Shown here: positions 53,589-64,000 of the stretch, in pieces
How the letters are laid out: every line of letters starts with the position of its first letter
Position numbering within the stretch: position 1 is the stretch's first letter
NCBI GenBank assembly: GCA_009103225.1
Contig: RHPI01000797.1
Location: 185,064 to 249,063, forward strand
Length of the DNA stretch: 64,000 bases
Direction: 5' to 3'
Origin: Chlorokybus atmophyticus
Taxonomy: Eukaryota; Plantae; Mesostigma and Chlorokybus algae
Notes under the pieces: generated by a model
What the model saw: the letters and a program-made list of their open reading frames with translations, nothing else
The model's database searches: none
What the model was told of the DNA's origin: nothing
Position numbers and translations under genes: made by a program

Positions 53589-54012
53589 TATAGGAACCCA
53601 GCCCCTTAGCTAGTTGTCTTGCTTGCTTGCGCTGTTCAAAACTGCTGTATAATTAGCCTTGTCTTGTTTGCTCTGCCACTGGTTGGTTACCTCATAACTA
53701 TACCCTCTGCAGTGGCAAGCAACAAGCGAGTAGCAATCAACCAACCAACCTAAGCACACATGCACATGCACAGGCGCAAGGTAAGAACCCAGGAGAGCGG
53801 CGTTTGAGCAACAGCAACAGCAACAACAAGGCGTGAGGGTGCAGGGTGGGGGGTATGAGGGTGCAAGGTCCTCCGTCTTTGGGTGGTGTCCATGCTGGGC
53901 ATGGACACCACCCAAAGAAGTGCGAAAACTAAGCTGATGGTTACAAAGATAAGGAGTGGCTTAAACTCAATAAATGATACAACATGTTGGCTGGTTGTTA
54001 CTAAGGGACACC

Positions 54013-54521
54013 TGTAACAATTGGGGCCCGACCACTAGGCCATGGTAGTAAAAGACACTACCATGAGTGAAGTCTGTCACAATTTATCCCAATTCGTGAC
54101 ATTCCTTCCCAATTTAACCCATGAGTTCCTCATAATCCAATAAGGCACTAGCCCACGTCGCCGTGTTCGCGACCGTACCACGATCGGTATGCCCGCGGCC
54201 TGTTGGATCCGGCCCGCGAACGGTCCTGGCCAACCGAACGGCCATCCTCTCCGCGCGACCTGCCATCGCAGCGGGACCGCTCACGCGGCCTTAGCTTAAA
54301 CTGGCTCGGCGCGCAGGTCGTGATCCCGCGCCCAGCCTAGGGCAAGACGCCCCAAATGTTGTTGGTTTTTGCCTTGGATCTGCCTCAGTCCCCTACGGGA
54401 AGTGAACCTGAGACGTCAAGCTCCGTTACCATTGTAACAATTGGGGCCCGACCACTAGGCCATGGTAGTAAAAGACACTACCATGAGTGAAGTCTGTCAC
54501 AACTTATCCCAGTTCGTAACA
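54013..54521 (-). mobile_element. TRIM (terminal-repeat retrotransposon in miniature), 509 bp
   Basis: 89-bp LTRs 54013-54101 and 54433-54521 (TG...CA, 3 mismatches); TSD ACACC; PBS-like TGGTAACGGAGC; polypurine tract; non-coding interior. Confidence 0.93.
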
Positions 54522-54949
54522 ACACCAGTGATGACATCATATTATATCAAATTGTTGTTAACAATTCCATGGCATTTAACAGAATTCTACAACATGCCAC
54601 AAGCACATTAATGCGAGACATACAAGACGGTGAACAAAGCAAAATACTGGTGCAACTACATTAACTCGGTCCAATCACAAAGTTTCTTTGTTTCTTGATG
54701 TTACAAGCATACCTTTACAATTTTAACTAAATGGTGGCCCTTAGCAACACTGCCAAGAAAAGTGTGAATGGGATGGGAAAATGCATGTTAACTGAACAAC
54801 AAAATCATGCAAGTCTTGCAAATATTCCTGCAAACAAGGTAGGTAGGGCTTTGCGACTCATATTGCAATTCAGGTACTGTATGGAGGTTGATGACTGATA
54901 TATTGGCTATTCTAGCTTAGTAGATGATATGCAATTGGTTTAGCTTTCA

Positions 54950-56010
54950 ACAAGAACATCCATAACATGAAGGGCAACACAGCAGCTGGATCCTCAAGGA
55001 TTCAATGGGCGTGTTCGACGTGGTGCAACACTGCAACACAACATGTACTACGCAAGATAAGCAAACCCTCATGTCTTTGCGCACTTTCGACTTTGCTACT
55101 TTGTATACTAATATCCGCCATGATGACTTGATCACGGGGATGCATGCACTTGTGGAGGAACTGTTTGCTTGCGCACGTCGTACGCACAGAGCTGATATTT
55201 TGTACATGACATTTCACAATGGCATCACTACACACGTGTGGGGATGTCCGCAGAACGGAGCACTCCTCAGAGAAGGACAAACAAGACTGTTCGCCAAGGA
55301 CATGCTGCACACTATGCTGGCATATCTCGTGTTCAACCTGTACGTGCAAACTACAGCTGATGAGCTACACAAGCGCACCATACGCATCCCTATGGGCAAC
55401 AACGCCGGAGTATATGTGGCTAACTACCACTTGGGCTATTGGGAGCTCAAGTTCCTACACAGGCTCAAGAACTGCCGCAGCCGGACTTGCTAGCAACATT
55501 GGCTTGCAGGGTGGTGAGATATGTCGCTGACTTGCTTGTTGTTAACACCTCAGAGTTTGCAAGTTTTATGTATTAGTCCGCGGATGCCGTAGCTAGTGGT
55601 ATCTATCCTGAGCAGAGCCTAACTTTAACAGAGTCAGCATTAGGTGTATTGGTGCCCTTCTTGGATGTTACTCTTTTTCAGACAGTGGATGGTGGCCTCC
55701 GCAGACGGGGGTATAGTAAACCAACATTGCCACAGTTTGCTGCTATCCCTCGCAGACGGGCGCCCCACAATAGAAGCGATATTGTTGCTTCAGCAAAGAT
55801 GGGGGTTGTGATCTCTCGATGCATTCGCTTGCGATTGTCGATACACAGATAGCACTTCCTGCATGACATGTTCGCGCTGTTGACGTCCATGACAGAAGAG
55901 GGATATAACAGTCAAGCATTGTTGGGAGTGTTGTGCAGGTGGATGGCAAGACAGGAGGGCATCATCTACTGTGCAACATACAACTTCTTGTATCATACGA
56001 TACATAGAAG
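54950..56010 (+). mobile_element. Degraded Penelope-like RT, copy 3
   Basis: TFDFATLYTNIRHDDL, IPMGNNAGVYVAN, VPFLDV and a thumb region, with stops. Confidence 0.8.
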
Positions 56011-57051
56011 ATTCAAGCACCAGCAGCAGCGACTGGGTTGAGGTAAGTGCCAGGTGCGTACATGCGGGGAGCAGGATTCCAGCCCGCATGTGGGTCCTAA
56101 GCCCCAGTACCTGCACTGCTGATGCTCTTGCTGTGCGGTGCTATGTTCTAGTTGATGGTCTGTGCTGCGTGCTCAGGTCTATGGTCTATGCTACATGGCT
56201 GCTAGGTTGCACATAAAGTGGTTGCTCTCGGACACTAACGGACACTTCACAGCCACTAAATTGGCTGCAGTCGTTTTGTGTCGTGTTAGGTACAAGACCA
56301 GCAGCACAGCGCAGTGGCGACGGGGCCGAGTCAGTCGTCAGCATCAGCGTCAGCGTCAGCGTCCAAGTCGTGCGTGTGGATGATGCTGGACACGGCCTGA
56401 CACCCACGCCTCTGCTGCGCAGGTGCTTCCCGCTGTACCTCTCTACCTTGCCCTGCCCTGCCTACTGTCCAAGCTGCGTTGCACTGCATGTTGGTTATCG
56501 TATGGTATAGCTTAGCTACTGTAGCAAGCGCTGGTCTGGGCCCCCCAAATCTGTAATGCAATTGCTGCTGCTGTGTGTGTGTGCTAGCACGTTATTGTGC
56601 ACACTTGTTGCATCTATTTGCTTTATGAAATAACACGACATACCACCGTCTTAAGAACACAAACCGTGATAACTGCTCTTCCTTTCGGGGCATCGTCGCG
56701 CTGCACTTGTTACCTAATCGTTTCTCATACACTCATCGCCCCGCACAACAACACTATTGTACTTTCAAGAGCGTCCGAATTGCTTGTAAAACAAGTAGTA
56801 CTACTGATTTTGCTAGCAGTACTAGTACTACCAGCAAAAACGTGCAATAAATCCTACCGCAGGCCACAAAGAGACCAGGTATAGGCAATACAGTATGACG
56901 ATGCAACTGCTCATTAGTGACAACCACATCATGAATTCGCCGTCAAATGTCAAGATATAGCATGCCTATTAAACTGAAAAATGCAAAATGTCATCGTAGC
57001 GTTTTCCTACCATATGCATCAATACGATGAGAGGGAGCAAAGCACCGGTGG

Positions 57052-60000
57052 TCATCCAATGCCAGCTTTTTCGCTCTCATTCTCTTTACTGGGCGTCCAT
57101 GGCTCCGTAAAGTGTTGCAAAACCTGCATGCATGTCTACCATCATACATCCATCACAAACCTTAACAGGAAAGACACTTGATGAAGACTGGGGAACAATA
57201 CTTCATGCACAATCATTGAAGTACTTAGAGCACCTGTCTCAGCATGCCGCGCGATGCATGTGCATGTGGCGCGTGCGACGTAACAACCGCGAGGCGCTGT
57301 TTAAGTGCGGCTTTGTCTATGGACTCCGGCTGGACACCAAACGGCAACAACCGCCCTGCATATGCACACAAGACTTACGGTGAAAGCCCATGGACCAATA
57401 AACAGATCATGTTATCACAGGCAGAGTTGCTTGCTTTGCAAACAGGAGGGAACACATCAGTTAAGTACCCAAGTGCTACCTGATCCGTCAAAAAAGGACA
57501 GAAGAATGGCTGTACCTATGCAGGCACTTGCATCGCATCCTGCAAACACCACACGTAAGCATCCTATTGTCACAACTTGTTAACCATACCCACACACAGT
57601 TCAATCAATCTCACCGTCATCACTGACAACAAGCAGTCTATGCCTGCTGTCCAGAACAGAGCGCACAAAGTTGAGTGCGGCTGGCAAGTGCGCTTGCAAT
57701 GAGAACTTGTCTACTTTGACTCCCTGTTGATCAAACAGATAAGCACCCAAGTCACCACTTCAAACCCATTACAGACTTGACTACACCAATAACAACGGGT
57801 GATAAAGACAATTGTCTTACCACAACGTTCAAATGCAGCCGGTTGGCTATGCCACTTCGCGCTGCCGAAGCGGCCAACTTAGCACTCCCCGCCGTTAACA
57901 GCGCATCAAACTGCGCTGCAACACTCCTCAACTCACCTGCAACTGGTATGTTAGATGTAAACGAAACCCAACGAAAGCCTTGAAGCCAAAAAACTTCAAT
58001 GTCACCGCTTGAGTTGGCTTACCAGTGCCTATTGCCAGGCCGGTGTCTGCAATGAGCCCATAACTAGGGCGCCCGTCCTCATTGGTATCATACACACTAT
58101 CGCTGTGGTTGTGATCGTTGAGTGACGCAGAAAGTGACACTCCTCCTGACTGGTGATACGTGCCATTGACCAGGCTGTTGGCCACTTTGACACAACCCTC
58201 CGGCCCGGCCGCAAGTATCACATCGCAATGCTGCCAAAACAACTCTGGAGAAAGGCCCTGCCAGGGACAGAGACTCTATGTGACAGCATGTCCACGCTGT
58301 GGCACTGATCTTACGCATCTGTAAATAAATACACATGCACATGCTAACATGACTTACCCTGGCCCAACTCTCTTCATCATCGGCTGCACCCGGCACATAA
58401 GTCCAACTATGAGTCTCATCTGTGCTGTTTCCATTTGAATTGGTCATCTTAATAGTGTGGCGGCGCGGGACCGATGAGGGCTGTGAGACGGATAGCAGTA
58501 TCAACGGCGTGAAGGGCCAGTCTTGTGGGTCGGGCATCTCATTGAGCCACATGACCTGTTGATGATACAGCAACATGTTGGTTTACCGTTTCACTGCAAG
58601 GAAGGAGGTATAGACACACAGATTACCGTGCGTTGAGAAACCCACAACGGTCGCAGCGGCTTTCTCAACACACCCGTCAGCTCCGTGTGCTCGCTCGTGA
58701 CACTCTGCGCATTGACAAAGACACCACAGTGCGGATCACACTCTGATAAAGTCCTAATGCATGCAAGTTCTCATGAATGCAACACGATGCTCTCACAACA
58801 ACCGCATTGTACTGTGAAGCATAACATGAGCTTGAAGTTGGGTAGACACGTGCAACTGCTAAAAGCGCTGAAGCAGCTCATGGATTTCAAGTACGCAGTT
58901 GGATGTGGCGCATGTAACGGATGCAAGATACTTATATAAAAACATGCAACCCAACAAATGTCAATACGCAAAGTGTTGAACTGGTTTTTAAGTACATACC
59001 TTGAGGGTTTCCACCCATTGCGGGATGCGTTTTGCCACTTCAGCCTGTTCTGATTTTGGTACAAACAGCGGGAAGTGCAGCTCGCAGTCCCACTGCGATA
59101 TCGAGCTGAAATCGCTGGCGTTCTCAATAATATCGCCTTCATCCGTCGACATCAGCTCCGCGAAGTCGCCGCGCGCTTTGGCTGCCGATATCGCACCCTC
59201 ACGCATGCACTGGTAACTCGCGTCGCGTGCGTCACCGATCGCGCGATTGAGCACGCAAGCCCATGACGGCAACGTCTTGGAAAAGCTGCCAGCGGGGAAC
59301 TGCGCGTGAATGGGCGCGGCTTAACATCCCAATAATGCAACAAGCACTTGATGGGTTGATTATGTCACCAACTATGAATGTATTCAGTACAGGCCATGCA
59401 CAGTGGTGTATGTGTTTGCATGGTCTGTACGGCAAATATGATCAACGACAGAGATAGATGTGTACAGTCTGTGAGACACGCGTTCACAGTTATGCAGTGC
59501 GCGTGACGTGATCCGTGTCAACTGAACACACAATACACACATAATACGTTGAATGCACTACCTTTGTGCTCTAAGCAATACGTGTGCACGACACACACTA
59601 TGCTAACTGTACGCATATGTGATTATGTGTTAGTCCCACCTGTCAGGGAATCGTTTGCCTTTGCGTGTTGCGTCCACTATGATGCAGCCGCCAGCTTTGG
59701 CAGCCAGCTTCACAACATGCTGTAGCACACAACATGATCTCATGCTTGCTTGTGCAGCACATGTGCGTTGCAATGGTTCAACTTGTAGTTGATGCTCTCA
59801 CCATATTGAGGCGTGTTGCGCTGAAAGACCAGTTCCCAGTGTGGCCATCAACAGACTGCGATGCATAACACTCTCAGCAGCAGAAAGGAACAACCAACAT
59901 GGTGCACAACGTATGGACCAGCACATCCAACCTTGAAGTAGCAGGAGTCATCGAAGGCCGGGGCGTACCATCGGCCGCAGCGCAGGTTGGCAACGAGAGG

Positions 60001-60415
60001 GAAAGAGGGATACAACCTGCAAGCAAATGTGAGTGCGTAGATGGGTGCGCACGCGCGTGTGTGCATGCAATCATGCACGAGTGTCATATGCATGCGGAAA
60101 TGCGTGTGTATGTACATGAGTGTGTGGTCCTGACCAAAGTTGCAATCCACAACACAGTGATTGACACATGCACATATGTTGTTTGTTTACTGAGCAAGCA
60201 TACGCGCGTGTGCATGTGTGCGGGCATGCAGGTGTCTGCACACAGCCACGACACGTCCTCACTCACTCGCGTATCTCCTTGACAAACTGCGCATCCTCAT
60301 GAATGCTCCTGAGGATGTTGTACAGCTGCAGCTCAGTGCGCTTGATCTGCCGACTCACGCGATAGATTGATGGCCGGAACTCGTCTGCTTCCCAACTCAC
60401 ATTGCTTGTATCTTC
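57052..60415 (-). CDS. RIT1: tRNA A64-2'-O-ribosylphosphate transferase, multi-exon; start codon upstream and unresolved (possibly to ~61400)
   Basis: SIYRVSRQIKR...LYNILRSIHEDA; LYPSFPLVANLRCGRWY...CYFK; DGHTGNWSFSATRLN; GGCIIVDATRKGKRFPD; KTLPSWACVLNRA; LRKPLRPLWVS; YVPGAADDEESWARGL. Confidence 0.9.
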
Positions 60416-61712
60416 CTGTAACCAAACATGACGTTGCATGCATGCAGGGTGGTATGCTATAGACAGAGTTTCTTTTTAAAAGTACATGCACACACTCTCA
60501 TATCTTGCATGTCTGACACTCATCAGCATACCTCTTCCGCATGTAAACGACACCCAATTCATGTCATGCATGCACAACCACATATGCATACAACGTGTGC
60601 CCCGCCCCACAATCAAGTTTGAGGCTTGCTGAGGCTGTTCGCCAGAGCTACTGAGAGGCCAGCGCATGCAATGAAGTCTACACGCACACAAACTTTGATC
60701 ACTGAAATCCACTGCGCACGCATGCTGCAGCTGTTACTGGCGCAACCACAACACAACACCCTGCAAGTGACGGATTGTGTAGTGCTGCTGCAAGTAACTG
60801 ATTGGCTAGCTGCAAACCTCCATCGCCTCAAACACAGAATGCCTTTGCAGGTGTGCTTGTGCAAGGTTGTACGAGCGCACAACTAAACACAATGTTTCTG
60901 CTTGTGCCAGCGCATAAGTAGAACACATGTGTGCTTGTTGGCGCACACGAAGAACACAGCGTTTCTGCAAAAGGCGGGTTTGTGCGCTCACAAGCATGAT
61001 TGCACAACACAACTGTACACTATATACCACTGCTTACAGCATCCCAGCATACACGGCGCAAACAGAGAATGCGTGGTGCACTGCTTGTGTGTCAAAGTTG
61101 CTGAAGCTGCCTGTGTACACGTGAAAGCACACTACCTTTGGGAACCTAAAGTAGAAATTTTGGCGCCAGCTGCATGATAACGAAAATGGTTTGACAGCAT
61201 GACCAGAAGTGTGTGATCTGCTGTTTCCTGAGACACATCACAGCACAGCAGCATGTGCTTGCGTACAACAGCACACAGGCCTAACCCACCATGCTGAATG
61301 CTGCAGCACCGTCCGCTGGCAAGGCCACCCAGAAGTGACCTTACCAGGCCGACAGGGCCACTTACATGCTACCGTCACCACGTCCACCTCCACCACCTCC
61401 GCCTTCGCCTCCACCGCCGCCTAAGGCAACATCCAAGTTAGTTACACTGTGAATAGTTTGCTCTTGACTGCGATCCCAAACACGGACACTAGTCCCAACT
61501 CCGGACAAAATTCTTGCCGTAGCCAGAGCGTAATCAGAAGCGTGTTTAAGTTCGACTCGGGACACGCCAAGCTTCCTCACGTGTTTTTTGGTTGATTGTT
61601 GGGGTTAGTTAGCCCATCAGCAGCTATTTCTGTGCGCTGTGTGGCGTTAGTTGCGGCGGGCGGCGGCGGTGTGGGTGCGGGCGTTGGTGTCGTCGGACAC
61701 AGGACGTTCGTC

Positions 61713-64000
61713 ATGGCTTCGTCGGCGGACGACAAGACCTTTACCGTGGTGGTGGCGGCCCTCGCCGCCGCCGGTGCCGCTGCAGCCGCCTACTACTGCG
61801 CCACCTGCGGATCTGCCAGGTAGGCGTTTGTAATCTGAGCAGAGTCATATTTACGACTACAGTTTCCTTTGTGTTTGGGATAGTTTTATTATAGCGAAGC
61901 TGATACATCAGTCTCACCTCAAAGACAAGCTGTCCTCAAACTATCAAACAACCGTTCTGCATGTGTTCTATGTTGAACGCTCGGTGCACTACATGCAATT
62001 GATTGAACACGTGTTTTCTTGCATGCACTCATTTGTAGGACACCCTGGTCTTAGCGCCTATTTGAGGTCAAACACATAAAAAGTAGCAAGTACACTACGC
62101 GTGCATGCACGTACACGCACACACGCCTATGCACACACCTATGCATCTTACCCACCCACCCACCCACCTACTCTTTGCCTCTCAGAGTGGCCCACTGCAG
62201 CAGCAACACCCACAGCAACACCAACACCCACAGTGGTAGCAATCGGCGGCAGCGCGTTGTGGGAGTGATCCCCGCTCGCTACGACTCCTCGCGCTTCCCC
62301 GGCAAGCCCCTTGTCCCCATCCTTGGCAAACCCATGATACAGGTTTGATTGAATCAGTGCCATGCTTGTTGGCTCATGAAGAGTCTGTCGTTGAGTGTGT
62401 CCTTTCGTGCTGAGGGTGTTGTGTGTTGCTGCAGCGCACTTGGGAGCAGGCCAAGCAAGCAAAAACCCTCAACGCTGTTGGTAAGACTGCACTTGCACTT
62501 CATGAGATGCATGAAGTACGAGAGACTTGCTTGCTTCCTGCTTATGCTTGCAATGCCTTGCATGCAACAAACACATATTGCATTATCATCCCACCAACTC
62601 TTCCCGATTTCTTACCCACGTTGCGCGCTCAACATGTTGTTCTGCTGCTCCATAGTTGTGGCAACGGACGACGAGCGCATTGCCGAATGCTGCCGGAAGT
62701 TTGGCGCCGATGTGGTCATGACGTCTTACGACTGTCCCAACGGTAAACTTACCTCTCTGAGGAGTGTTGTTTTGTTAATAATTGATGTACACCCATAGCC
62801 ACAACACACAGTGTACCCGGTGCACACACTGCTGCACGTTTGTTACACAGCCACCACAGTATGTACCAACTGGTTACACAGTTACAGCGATATGCAACAT
62901 CATGTGTGCATCACCAGCACAATCTGCATGTCTTCCACAGGAGTGTGTTTATCCAACTTGCACCGAAGTTGTTATAGTGTGTGTGCAAGTTGGGTAAACA
63001 CACCAGCGGCAGTGCAGTAGCAGATTACGAAGGTCATGTTGGCTTGCATGTGCAGGCACAGAGCGCTGCAACGAGGCCCTGATGAAGCTTCCAGAACATT
63101 ACGACATTGCAGTCAACATTCAGGTCAGCCAACATTGCAATTACCTTCTACCATATTGTACCCCATATCGTCACATGGACGAGACTCACATTTCATATGC
63201 TGTTGAAGGGTGATGAGCCTCTGATTGAGCCTGAAATCATAGACGAGGTGGTGAAAGCCCTGCAGGTGAGGACATAATGATGTTTCTCAGTGCATGTCCA
63301 TGCTCCTTATGCCCTTCATATGTTGATGATATCAGAAAGGTGCATTGATGCCACATGGTTTGCGTGTGCGTGCATGTTAATGCGTTTGTGTGTGCAGGAG
63401 AGTCCGGATGCGATATACAGCACGGCGTGCACGTCACTCAAGGCGTCAGAGGTTGCAGACCGCAACCGCGTCAAGTGCATCCTTGACAACAACGGCTACG
63501 CCATCTACTTCTCGCGCGGCATGCTCCCCCACAACAAGTGCGCTTCCCTCTCACACTCCCACTCATAATCAATAATTGTTACTTGCCCACAACAAGTGTC
63601 AACGATTGAATGCTCTGGTTTGCTACATCTGCGCATGCGAGTCCACTTGTCACAAGGGTTATTCGTGATACATGTCAAGCCTGAGTCCAATTCAAATACA
63701 GGCACACTGCATGTTATGAACGCTTACATATGACTTGGCCACCATGGCTTGCTCCCCCCCATGTTCAACGTTGTATCCTCTCTGCATCTGAGCAAGTCTC
63801 ACAGTTATGTATGACATTGACATCAGTCGACTGACTCGTAGGAATGGCGTACCGGACAAGAAGTTCCCTTACCTGCTGCATTTGGGTCTGCAAGTGAGTG
63901 CATGTCTTCTTTCACCAACATGTATGATTCGCTTGCAGAGTGCTTCTTGCTGATGCCAACCTTCGCGCAGTGTTATGACACCTCCTTCCTGGCAAAGTAT
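61713..64000 (+). CDS. kdsB: CMP-Kdo synthetase (3-deoxy-manno-octulosonate cytidylyltransferase), multi-exon, runs off the window
   Basis: [18 protein letters not shown]; VVATDDERI; GTERCNEA; VNIQ|GDEPLI; [11 protein letters not shown]; HLGLQ|CYD. Hydrophobic N-terminal segment. Confidence 0.93.

Noticed and set aside
60500-60560. Minus-strand CTGATGAG as a hammerhead core
   Set aside because: No stem II followed by GAAA; it lies in a Rit1 intron.

Overview
Eukaryotic, intron-rich nuclear DNA of a green plant lineage. Plastid-targeted Cpn60-beta and Obg plus KdsB and Rit1 point to a green alga; an early-diverging streptophyte is possible but is inference. The left ~43 kb is a nested transposon island. 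Its main component is what appears to be one giant CACTA/En-Spm DNA transposon (about 1233-27617, left end outside the window). It carries three head-to-head gene pairs: the En/Spm transposase with a Tudor-domain + phage-type C5 cytosine methyltransferase, an OTU-protease/retrotransposon-Gag fusion with an unknown spliced gene, and two TNP1/TnpA-like genes. An 8.5-kb Plavaka-type element with CCCGG TIRs is inserted inside it, and a Ty3/gypsy element interrupts its transposase. Next comes a Ty1/copia element that contains a full-length chromovirus and a solo LTR, each with a 5-bp TSD. The right ~21 kb holds host genes (adenosine kinase, plastid Obg GTPase, Cpn60-beta, Rit1, KdsB) interspersed with three decayed Penelope-like retroelements and a 509-bp TRIM. 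Most TE ORFs carry stops or frameshifts. Exon boundaries and domain calls were read by eye, without database searches.
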